DNA of 64,000 nt, taken from assembly GCA_964448705.1 (NCBI GenBank), contig CAYUZS010000004.1, forward strand, positions 20,105-84,104, written 5' to 3'. The notes beneath the pieces are model-generated. The model was not told the DNA's origin, searched no databases, and saw only the letters and a list, made by a program, of their open reading frames with translations. The position numbers were made by a program, and so were the translations under genes. Within the stretch, counting starts at the first letter, position 1. The number at the start of each line of letters is the position of its first letter. The DNA is from an uncultured Gammaproteobacteria bacterium. GTDB taxonomy: Bacteria > Patescibacteriota > Microgenomatia > UBA12405. Below are positions 57,202 to 64,000 of this stretch, piece after piece.

Positions 57202-57891
57202 ATGAACTCATTTCAAGAATTTAACCGATTGTGGACTCAAAAGAAGGTCAAAACTCCACTTTTTATCTTTATCGGTGGTTATTGCGGGACAGGGAAATCA
57301 ACTTTAGCCAAGGCTCTTCAGGAAAAAATTGTTGAATCTACTATTGTTCCTACTGGAATTGTCCGTGCTACTTGTAAACCATTTTTGAAAAATATGGGAG
57401 AGATTTACGGATGCCACACCTATCGACTAGGGCAATTCAGTCAAAACGATATTGAATTATTTGCAAATTATAAAAAGCAGTCATCAATATTAAATGAGCC
57501 TATTAAAGAATTATGTAATTTTGCCACTTCAGAAATGCAAAACTTAATTATTGACGGTAACCACATTTTTCCTGAGTTGGTAAATTCTATCGAAACAAGT
57601 CTGAAAATTGATGTTTATATGAAAACTTCTGATGAACTACAGTTAATAAAAAACATGACCGACATTACCCATCCTCGTATTATGAATGAAGTCGAGATGG
57701 AAACAGCAAAGAAATTGCACCAAATGACAGCGACAGAAATTAGTCAATCAAAAACAATGTTTGAATATAACCAATCTAGTCTGGCAGTTGAATATGTTGA
57801 AAAAGAGTTAGGTGTTTTACTCGAAAATATCGTGGGTGTCAGAACCACCAGTAGAATAGGTGTTTCTGCTACTTCGTCTCTGGTTTTCTAA
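57202..57891 (+). CDS. P-loop kinase-like protein
   Basis: Walker A 'IGGYCGTGKSTLAKAL'. Track start 57163 is probably an extension; Met 57202 precedes the conserved block. Confidence 0.5.
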   Translation: MNSFQEFNRLWTQKKVKTPLFIFIGGYCGTGKSTLAKALQEKIVESTIVPTGIVRATCKPFLKNMGEIYGCHTYRLGQFSQNDIELFANYKKQSSILNEPIKELCNFATSEMQNLIIDGNHIFPELVNSIETSLKIDVYMKTSDELQLIKNMTDITHPRIMNEVEMETAKKLHQMTATEISQSKTMFEYNQSSLAVEYVEKELGVLLENIVGVRTTSRIGVSATSSLVF

Positions 57892-58827
57892 TAAAACCTT
57901 TTTAGTTAATTGATTGTATTCAAGCTTCGGTTTTTTATATCTCCGGTAATCACCTTCAGCACCATCCAATCCTTTTTCCAGATAGCTGTTTAAAAAGTCA
58001 ATAAAGTTAGCCTCATTTATTTGGTTTTCTTCAAACCTGTCTTCAAAAGTTTTACCAGGGTGAGCCATTATTTTTACGAAGGGAAGCTCGATTACTTTCT
58101 TAACTATCTCCTCATTGATTGGCAAGGTGTCAAGAGGCCATGGTACAACCTTGTCAAAAATATATCCAAGCGCGTATTTGGGAGCTTGTTCAAGAGGAAT
58201 ACTAAACTTAGTTGCAAAAGCTTCGAGATTTATTAGGTTAAAAGGTGCCAACAACATACCCAAATGCGGTTTGCTAACATAATCTCTTCTTATTTCGAGA
58301 ATTTTTCCAGTTCTTAGGTCAACTCGTGAAGCGTTTTCAAGAGTTATATATTTTAGGATTTTGTCTTTCTCATCCTCGGTCTTATTCTTCCAATTCATCC
58401 ATTCTATCTGGTCACTTTTCTGCAAAAACTCAATAATCTTATTGATTGAGTCAGATACATAACCACTTCTAGTCTTGTTTAATTCGTTTACTAAAGTGCT
58501 AATTTTCTCTCGGTATTCTTCACTAATACTATTTTCGACGTTGTCGTACACCAGAACATCAAGACCACCGCCACATTCAATTTCAACTCCCGGTATTAAT
58601 GAAATGCCACTTTGTATCGCCAACTGGAAGTTTTCTTCTGTATAAGCAGCAATAGAATTATGATCAGTAATCGAAACCAACTTAAGTCCTTTAACTACTG
58701 CGGAATTTATTAAATCAGTAGGAGTATTCTTTCCGTCCGAAAAAATGGTATGGCTTTGAAGATCAAAGTCACTAGAATTTACTTCTTCGGGAGCGTTTAT
58801 AAGAAACTTATTCAGTACGTTAGTCAT
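57817..58827 (-). CDS. PHP-domain (polymerase/histidinol-phosphatase-like) metal-dependent phosphoesterase
   Basis: 'LQSHTIFSDG', 'VSITDHNSI', and C-terminal 'GGSDTHD' His/Asp ligands. Confidence 0.7.
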   Translation of the reverse strand: MTNVLNKFLINAPEEVNSSDFDLQSHTIFSDGKNTPTDLINSAVVKGLKLVSITDHNSIAAYTEENFQLAIQSGISLIPGVEIECGGGLDVLVYDNVENSISEEYREKISTLVNELNKTRSGYVSDSINKIIEFLQKSDQIEWMNWKNKTEDEKDKILKYITLENASRVDLRTGKILEIRRDYVSKPHLGMLLAPFNLINLEAFATKFSIPLEQAPKYALGYIFDKVVPWPLDTLPINEEIVKKVIELPFVKIMAHPGKTFEDRFEENQINEANFIDFLNSYLEKGLDGAEGDYRRYKKPKLEYNQLTKKVLLENQRRSSRNTYSTGGSDTHDIFE

Positions 58828-58930
58828 GGCTATATGTTATCACCCTAAAGAATCTTTCAAAATATCCAGACATGAAAAAAGATGAATTGCATTTCGGTAA
58901 AAAGTTTTTCTACGGATTCCTTCGGATTCA

Positions 58931-59030
58931 GCGGAGCAGGTGGGTCTGGAACCTTTCTATCCCTATAACCCTATGTCTTATCCTACCCCTTCTTTGAAGC
59001 TAAATGAGACAAATAAGACACTATAAAAAG
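58931..59030 (+). repeat. repeat family B, copy 3 (100 nt)
   Basis: GCGGAGCAGGTGGGTCTGGAACCTTTCTATCCCTATAACC...GAAGCTAAATGAGACAAATAAGACACTATAAAAAG. Confidence 0.75.
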
Positions 59031-59093
59031 ATACGTGGTAAAACAATGATATGGTTTGACACTCAAATTTAATATAGACAACAGTTGGAATAT

Positions 59094-61232
59094 TTATGCT
59101 GTAACCTTGGGTTTGTTGATAAAATCCATAAATTTAGTCATTTCAAGTTCCTTATTCTGAAACCAGTTTGTTGACCAAATTCTATATACAACATAACCCA
59201 TATGTTCCAGTTCTTTTTGTCTGTACATATCATACGCATAGGCTTCTTCTGATTGGTGGTACGACTTCCCGTCACACTCTAAAACATAGTTATGCCCATT
59301 GTACTTTATAACAAAGTCTAATCTGAATCCTCCTACTTTATGTTGCTGTACAACATCTTCCTTTTTGAATTTGTCCAACAATAATTCATATACTTCCTCC
59401 TCAAAAGGAGATTCTGAAAGACCATCATCATCAAATATAAGCTTCGGCTTTTCAAAACTTTGGAGTTTCAGTTCTGACAAAATACCTTCTGCTAGTACAC
59501 TATCTTTGTTTGAAATCGCTTCTGCGTAAGCCAAGTAAGCATACAATATTCCTCTTTTATTATTTCCACCTTCGCCTTTGATTAGTTCGGGATAAGACAC
59601 ATACTTTTCTTTTGGTATTGATGTACAAACATACACTTTATTCTTAGCCCTAGTAATTAAAACATTTAGTAGTTTATATCCCTCAATTCTATTTATTCTT
59701 GCAAAATTCTGAGAAAACTTACCATCAACACCATAACCATAAGTAGTGGAAATGATAATTATGTCCTTTTCGTCACCTTGTATGTTTTCAAGGTTTTTTA
59801 TGAAGAGTCCACTCTCTTTAAGGGCCAAATATTTTGTCAAAAAGTCAGAATCTGACTCTGCTACTTTATTCAAAGACTCGATGATTAAATTTCTTTGGTT
59901 GATATTAAAAGTAGCAATACCGACAGAAGGATACTTATTATTTGTGTTTAGTTGTATTTCATCTTTAATAATTCTGATAATCTCAGCAACCTCTGTAGGG
60001 TTGGTATTAGATTCATATCTGCCGTTCACAGGAATAAATTTTATTGGCGTATATTCTGATAACGCAGGAAAAGAAACTAAGTTTCCACCATAAAAAGCAG
60101 CATTTGAAAATTCAATAAGTGCCGGATGATTAGATCTATAATGATAATCCAAAGATGATTTATTAATATCTCTAAGATTTGAAGCATACTGAAGTAATGA
60201 TTCACTATCTGCTAACTCATCTTGTTCATTGTCATATTCTTCAAACTCATCATGAGCTTCTTCAAAGGTATTATTCGAACTTAAAAAGTAGTTAGAAGGG
60301 GGCATTTGATGCTCATCTCCGGCAATTATTTTATATTGACCTCTAATCAGACATGCGAACGTATCGGATATTCTTAATTGACTAGCTTCATCGAAAATTA
60401 TGACATTAAACAATCCCTGCTTTAGGGGTAATATGGCATTTGCAGCACTTGGATTTGTTAAGATTATCGGGAAAAGAGAAGTAAATAAGTCGAAATCTTT
60501 TTCGATTATCTTCCTTAACGAGTTCTTTGGACCAGAATTATTTTTTCTTAAGTTATAAAGGGTATTAAAGTTACCAGGGTATGAACTTAGTCTCAACCTT
60601 CTTTTAGTGTTCCACTTTGACTTAATCTGTTGGATCTGTTTTTCTTTAAGTTTGTTATATACAACGGATAACTCGACCAACTTCGCATCTGATTTATTGA
60701 AACCCACAGTCGATTTACTGTCGAAGTTTAGGAGTGACTTTTTAAAATACCATGCCATAAACACATTTTTCCAGTTCTCTGTAGGTATTTCTTTTAAAGC
60801 ATTAATGATATTTATTTCTGTTTCTGTTTTATTGTCTGAAAGATAATGCCTCCAATGGTGAAAATTTTCATATGAATCAAAGTTATTAATTACGTTTGTA
60901 ATGTTGTCATATATCGATAAATAATATTTATTTAAAGAATCAAAATCCTTAAAATCAGTATATTTTTTGTATGTGAAGCTATAAATTTTAGTATCAAGCA
61001 AAGTAACTAATTTTGAATCATTAGTGTTCAATTCTTTTTCAATTTTTTCTATTTCTTTAATTTTTTGATATTTTTTATTTAAATTCTCAAGAACACTTAC
61101 TGCATGTTCGTTCAGATCTTTAAAAGATACAAACGTATTTTTTTCAGGAAGTAATTCGATTGATAAGTATTTCTTTATTAAAGGCGCATCTTCCTTAAGC
61201 GATTTTAATGTGTCTACAATTTCTTGTCTCAA
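59094..61232 (-). CDS. SF1 (Upf1/DNA2-like) helicase C-terminal region fused to DUF559/Vsr-like endonuclease-fold domain; Walker A absent, probably a 5'-truncated gene remnant
   Basis: Motif II 'VIIFDEASQ'; 'LNVLITRAKNKVYV' motif VI; C-terminal 'DGKSYHQSEEAYAYDMYRQKELEHMGYVVYRIWSTNW'. No GxxxxGK[ST] anywhere in the 270 aa before motif II. The ORF starts 15 bp from the IS end. Confidence 0.5.
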   Translation of the reverse strand: MRQEIVDTLKSLKEDAPLIKKYLSIELLPEKNTFVSFKDLNEHAVSVLENLNKKYQKIKEIEKIEKELNTNDSKLVTLLDTKIYSFTYKKYTDFKDFDSLNKYYLSIYDNITNVINNFDSYENFHHWRHYLSDNKTETEINIINALKEIPTENWKNVFMAWYFKKSLLNFDSKSTVGFNKSDAKLVELSVVYNKLKEKQIQQIKSKWNTKRRLRLSSYPGNFNTLYNLRKNNSGPKNSLRKIIEKDFDLFTSLFPIILTNPSAANAILPLKQGLFNVIIFDEASQLRISDTFACLIRGQYKIIAGDEHQMPPSNYFLSSNNTFEEAHDEFEEYDNEQDELADSESLLQYASNLRDINKSSLDYHYRSNHPALIEFSNAAFYGGNLVSFPALSEYTPIKFIPVNGRYESNTNPTEVAEIIRIIKDEIQLNTNNKYPSVGIATFNINQRNLIIESLNKVAESDSDFLTKYLALKESGLFIKNLENIQGDEKDIIIISTTYGYGVDGKFSQNFARINRIEGYKLLNVLITRAKNKVYVCTSIPKEKYVSYPELIKGEGGNNKRGILYAYLAYAEAISNKDSVLAEGILSELKLQSFEKPKLIFDDDGLSESPFEEEVYELLLDKFKKEDVVQQHKVGGFRLDFVIKYNGHNYVLECDGKSYHQSEEAYAYDMYRQKELEHMGYVVYRIWSTNWFQNKELEMTKFMDFINKPKVTA

Positions 61233-61310
61233 CTTGTAAGAATCTTTGACCAGTACCCCTTAAACTAGACCAGTTAGCGCACATGGTTTAATAGTTAAGG
61301 AGGTACTTTT

Positions 61311-61559
61311 ATGCCAACAATTAATAAAGAAGTCAAACAAGAAATTTTAGATAAAGTTAAATCAGGTAAAACAGTTAAAGAAATAGCTACCCAATACGGT
61401 GTTTCTGATCGAACCATTTACGCTTGGTTGAAAAAAGGAGTCAGTGATAATGTTTCTATCCTGGAATTAGGAAAATTCAAAAAAGAAAATCAAATCCTTA
61501 AAGAAATCGTTGGTGCTTTAAGTGTGGAATTGGAGAGATTAAAAAAAAAGACCAGATGA
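61311..61559 (+). CDS. IS3-family transposase OrfA (HTH)
   Basis: AAGGAGG Shine-Dalgarno 7 nt upstream; 'TVKEIATQYGVSDRTIYAWLKK' HTH; leucine-zipper-like C-terminus; A9 run at 61541-61549 just before the stop. Confidence 0.8.
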   Translation: MPTINKEVKQEILDKVKSGKTVKEIATQYGVSDRTIYAWLKKGVSDNVSILELGKFKKENQILKEIVGALSVELERLKKKTR

Positions 61560-61650
61560 GCCATCTTTTTGTCACTGGTTACTAAATGTTGTCAAAACCA
61601 GATTAGATTCTAAATTAATTAGTTTTAGTAAAAACCAAATCATTAAATTA

Positions 61651-62436
61651 TTGGGTGTTTCTAAAGCCAATTACTTTTACAAATCAATTCAGCCATCAAA
61701 AGACGAGATATTAAAAGAACAGATTTTATCAGTTCTGGAATCAAATCCTAGTTATGGTCACAGAAGGATTGCTCTAGCTCTGAGTATCAACAAAAAGAGA
61801 GCTAAAAGAGTCATGAAGCTTTATGGGATTAAACCTTACAAGCGGAAAGCCAGATGGAGAAAGCGAAGAGATGAAAGACGGCCGGAGGCCGTCTTCTCCA
61901 ATCAAATTAAAGGTTCTTTCCCAATTGTCCCCAATCTTACTTGGGTGTCTGATTTTACTTATCTTCGATTTAATTCAAAATTCATTTATCTGGCTACCTT
62001 TATGGATTTGTACACCCGAGAGATTGTAGGCTGGAGTTTAAGTGCTCGCCACACCAAAGATCTAATCATTAACGCTTTCTTTGATGCTTTTGAAAACAAA
62101 GGTGTTCTGCCTAAATTTGTTCATTCGGATCAGGGATCGGAATACAACTGTTTTGAATACACCAAACTAATCAGTGATTTAGGAGTCACTGTATCCATGA
62201 GTAAAAAAGCTTCTCCCTGGGAAAACGGTTATCAGGAATCATTTTATGATAATTTCAAAACTGATTTAGGATTGGAGTTTGACCGATTTAATTCTGTTGG
62301 TGAATTTGTCGAAGCCATTCATCAACAAATTAATTACTACAATCAAAGAAGAATCCACACCACTCTGAAGATGTCCCCGGTACAGTTTAAACAGCAATAC
62401 CTTTTACGCCAAATTCAATTTCACAAATCGGTCTAA
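61651..62436 (+). CDS. IS3-family transposase OrfB (rve/DDE integrase core)
   Basis: 'WVSDFTY', 'HSDQGSEY', 'ENGYQESF' DDE-region blocks. Its frame is open back to 61543, overlapping the orfA tail. Confidence 0.8.
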   Translation: MGVSKANYFYKSIQPSKDEILKEQILSVLESNPSYGHRRIALALSINKKRAKRVMKLYGIKPYKRKARWRKRRDERRPEAVFSNQIKGSFPIVPNLTWVSDFTYLRFNSKFIYLATFMDLYTREIVGWSLSARHTKDLIINAFFDAFENKGVLPKFVHSDQGSEYNCFEYTKLISDLGVTVSMSKKASPWENGYQESFYDNFKTDLGLEFDRFNSVGEFVEAIHQQINYYNQRRIHTTLKMSPVQFKQQYLLRQIQFHKSV

Positions 62437-62454
62437 CAAAAGGGGTACTTGACA

Positions 62455-63359
62455 GAATCAACGTCAAAAGAGGTCTTCGAGCCAAATGCGAAGCCGGATG
62501 GCGCCCAGGATCAGCTCCTGTGGGCTATATCAATCGGCTCACTGAAAATCGAATTGCCTATATTGATCTAGACCCAGAACGTGCCCCGATCGTTAAAGAA
62601 ATCTTTGAAAAAGTAGCCTATCAAGGTCATAGTGGCAGAACTATAAAATATTGGCTAGATAAAAGTGGATTCATAACTAGAGCTGGCAAAAGAATGGCTA
62701 TTAGTGAGGTTTATCGGGTATTAAGAAAACACTTCTACTACGGAGAGTTTGAATTTCCCGAAGACAGTGGGCATTGGTATCACGGCAAACATCCACCGAT
62801 AATAACCAAAGAACTTTATGATTTAGCTCAAAAACAAATTGCAGTTCCACCCAAAGAATGGAACAAAAAGTCTTTCCCGTTTAAGGGATTATTCAAATGC
62901 GGTCATTGCGGAGGTTCGATTACAGCCGAGGACAAATACAAGAAATTAATAAGCGGTAAATTCCGCCGTCATGTATATTATCACTGCGCTAGAACCATCG
63001 ATTATGATTGCGACCAACCCTACATTACCGAAGATGATTTGGTCCGGCAATTATTAGCAAAAATTAACGAAATTGAATTTAATCAAAAAGCCGTTGATGA
63101 AAAAATGAAACATGAGATTGAGCGATATCATCGCCTTCGATCCGATGTACTGCACCAAGAAATGTTTGAAAGGCAACTTGAAGTAATGGATTATCCAATC
63201 ATTAAAGAAAAATCACCAGAAGAGCGCATTAGAGGATATGTGATCCATGTTTTGAAAACTGGATTCTCAGAAGAAAAACAGGAAATACTGGCATTATTTA
63301 AGACCAGATTCATTTTAAAAGATAAGCAAATAATTAAAACCGAAGAAAACCCGATTTGA
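62455..63359 (+). pseudogene. large serine recombinase, 5'-truncated (recombinase domain + zinc ribbon + coiled-coil retained; resolvase catalytic domain missing)
   Basis: Frame is open from the IS boundary: '...INVKRGLRAKCEAGWRPGSAPVGYINRL' is the resolvase-to-recombinase linker. The zinc ribbon is 'CGHCGGS...YYHCAR'. No resolvase domain lies on either side of the IS. Confidence 0.6.
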
Positions 63360-63516
63360 TATCTATTGATGTCTTTTAAATTGGAAAAACCGGTATAAAA
63401 TGTCTGCCAAGGGGTAAAAACTCTGTTGTCACTAATTTTTACTTAACTAAAAGTGTTTGAAGGAAGCAATTCCCTGGTGTCGCTTATTAGTTAATGTAAG
63501 AGGAGGTGAATAGTAA

Positions 63517-63687
63517 ATGAAACAGTTTACTGTCAAGACCGGTCAAAAAGCTCCTGAGTCTGGTATATACCGGGCAAAAGGTAGTTACGTTGAAATCGCT
63601 CTTTCTAAAGACGATCGAGTCCCACCAAATAACTTTGGTAAGACTCCGAAATTCGTCTTTATGCATGGAACGAAAGGTGGTCGATAA
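63517..63687 (+). CDS. YjzC-like small protein (56 aa)
   Basis: Strong RBS AGAGGAGGTGA; 'KTGQKAPESGIY' resembles the YjzC-family 'GEKAP..GVY' motif; terminator follows. Confidence 0.4.
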   Translation: MKQFTVKTGQKAPESGIYRAKGSYVEIALSKDDRVPPNNFGKTPKFVFMHGTKGGR

Positions 63688-63692
63688 TCTAC

Positions 63693-63713
63693 AGCAGGGG
63701 TTTTACCCCTGCT
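63693..63713 (+). terminator. intrinsic terminator (AGCAGGGGTTTTACCCCTGCT + T-rich)
   Basis: 8-bp GC-rich stem, 5-nt loop, followed by CTTATATTC. Confidence 0.45.
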
Positions 63714-63858
63714 CTTATATTCATAATACACCAAAGAAAACATCCCCTCGAGGACATGGGTCTGGAACGAAATCAAAGCTAAACAGGAACAAATGAATTA
63801 TTGGTCAGGGGAGTAGCACCACCTATATTACATGGAATGATAGGGAAAAAACGATAAT

Positions 63859-63945
63859 TGGCGGAGGGAGGGGGATTCGAACCCCCGAGCCTTTTACAGC
63901 GCACGCTTTCCAAGCGTGTGGAATGAACCACTATCCGATCCCTCC
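63859..63945 (-). tRNA. tRNA-Ser (anticodon GGA), class II with long variable arm, CCA encoded
   Basis: Reverse complement folds by hand: acceptor GGAGGGA/TCCCTCC, anticodon stem CACGC/GCGTG with loop TTGGAAA, variable arm about 15 nt, T-arm GGGGG-TTCGAAT-CCCCC, then GCCA. Confidence 0.8.
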
Positions 63946-64000
63946 AATACTTTTTTTTTAATTTGCTGGTATTCTAAATATCCTTTGTTGGATTTTAGAT

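Larger units (their letters stand above)
61247..62454 (+). mobile_element. IS3-family insertion sequence (~1208 bp) with imperfect terminal inverted repeats
   Basis: Left IR TGACCAGTACCCCTTAAACTAGACC; right IR (reverse complement) TGTCAAGTACCCCTTTTGTTAGACC; orfA + orfB (DDE) inside; no clean target-site duplication seen. Confidence 0.75.

Noticed and set aside
52747-59030. Sigma70-type promoter inside family-B repeats (TTGAAG ... TATAAA).
   Set aside because: The spacer between the -35-like and -10-like hexamers is about 22 nt. Copies lie both upstream and downstream of genes on either strand.
63590-63796. ORFs 63590..63796 (+) and 63585..63776 (-).
   Set aside because: They overlap the better-supported yjzC-like ORF, which has a strong RBS and a terminator, and they have no start context.
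1-64000. Alternative genetic code (UGA=Gly, code 25) as used by some CPR lineages.
   Set aside because: The conserved genes ftsH, dnaA, dnaN, copA, trxB and pepF have normal lengths with standard stops, and TGA terminates orfA of the IS. The standard code fits.
1-64000. CRISPR array / cas genes.
   Set aside because: No regularly spaced short direct repeats were seen. The A/B/C repeats are irregularly spaced at kb scale and lie between intact genes. There are no Cas-like proteins.

Overview
This 64 kb window comes from an AT-rich, small-gene-complement bacterium. The gene content and the many membrane-anchored hypothetical proteins look CPR/Patescibacteria-like; that is an inference, not a taxonomic call. 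The standard genetic code fits the data: long conserved genes such as ftsH, dnaA and copA end at ordinary stop codons. The ORF track appears to allow TTG/GTG starts (rnpA reads from GTG, IS orfB from TTG), so several called N-termini are probably over-extended. Content by region: (i) 0.5-14 kb holds ftsH, an envelope-glycan cluster and the chromosomal origin. The origin neighbourhood is rpmH-rnpA-yidD-yidC-jag on the minus strand and dnaA-dnaN on the plus strand, with DnaA boxes in both flanking intergenic regions. (ii) 14-22.7 kb is a type IV secretion-like operon. It contains a VirB4-family ATPase and a 1215-aa coiled-coil, polytopic protein with a C39-like peptidase domain; no relaxase or coupling protein is in the window. 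(iii) 22.7-42 kb is housekeeping, redox and metal homeostasis: a 5'-3' exonuclease, a GT4 glycosyltransferase, trxB, mutM, rubrerythrin, and a copper module (CopY-like repressor, HMA-permease, CopA P1B-ATPase) with a shared 16-bp operator that also sits at a DsbA-like gene. It continues with Crp/Fnr-PspC, pepF, a TrmH-family gene and an ABC exporter. (iv) About 43.0-63.9 kb is an accessory island abutting tRNA-Ser(GGA). Three families of same-orientation intergenic repeats (A, B, C) partition it into cassette-like units. Cargo: four Nudix hydrolases with a GNAT, a P-loop kinase and an HD protein; an RM-like locus in which two beta-class amino-methyltransferases face a PD-(D/E)xK nuclease co-transcribed with a TGT/DpdA-fold protein; and a kinase / GT2 / terpene-synthase-like / CrtC-AttH-like / P-loop kinase / PHP cassette. 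The island ends with a 5'-truncated SF1 helicase, an IS3-family element and a 5'-truncated large serine recombinase. No CRISPR array and no rRNA were seen; one tRNA was found. All coordinates were counted by hand from the listing and could be off by a base or two where not anchored to the ORF track.
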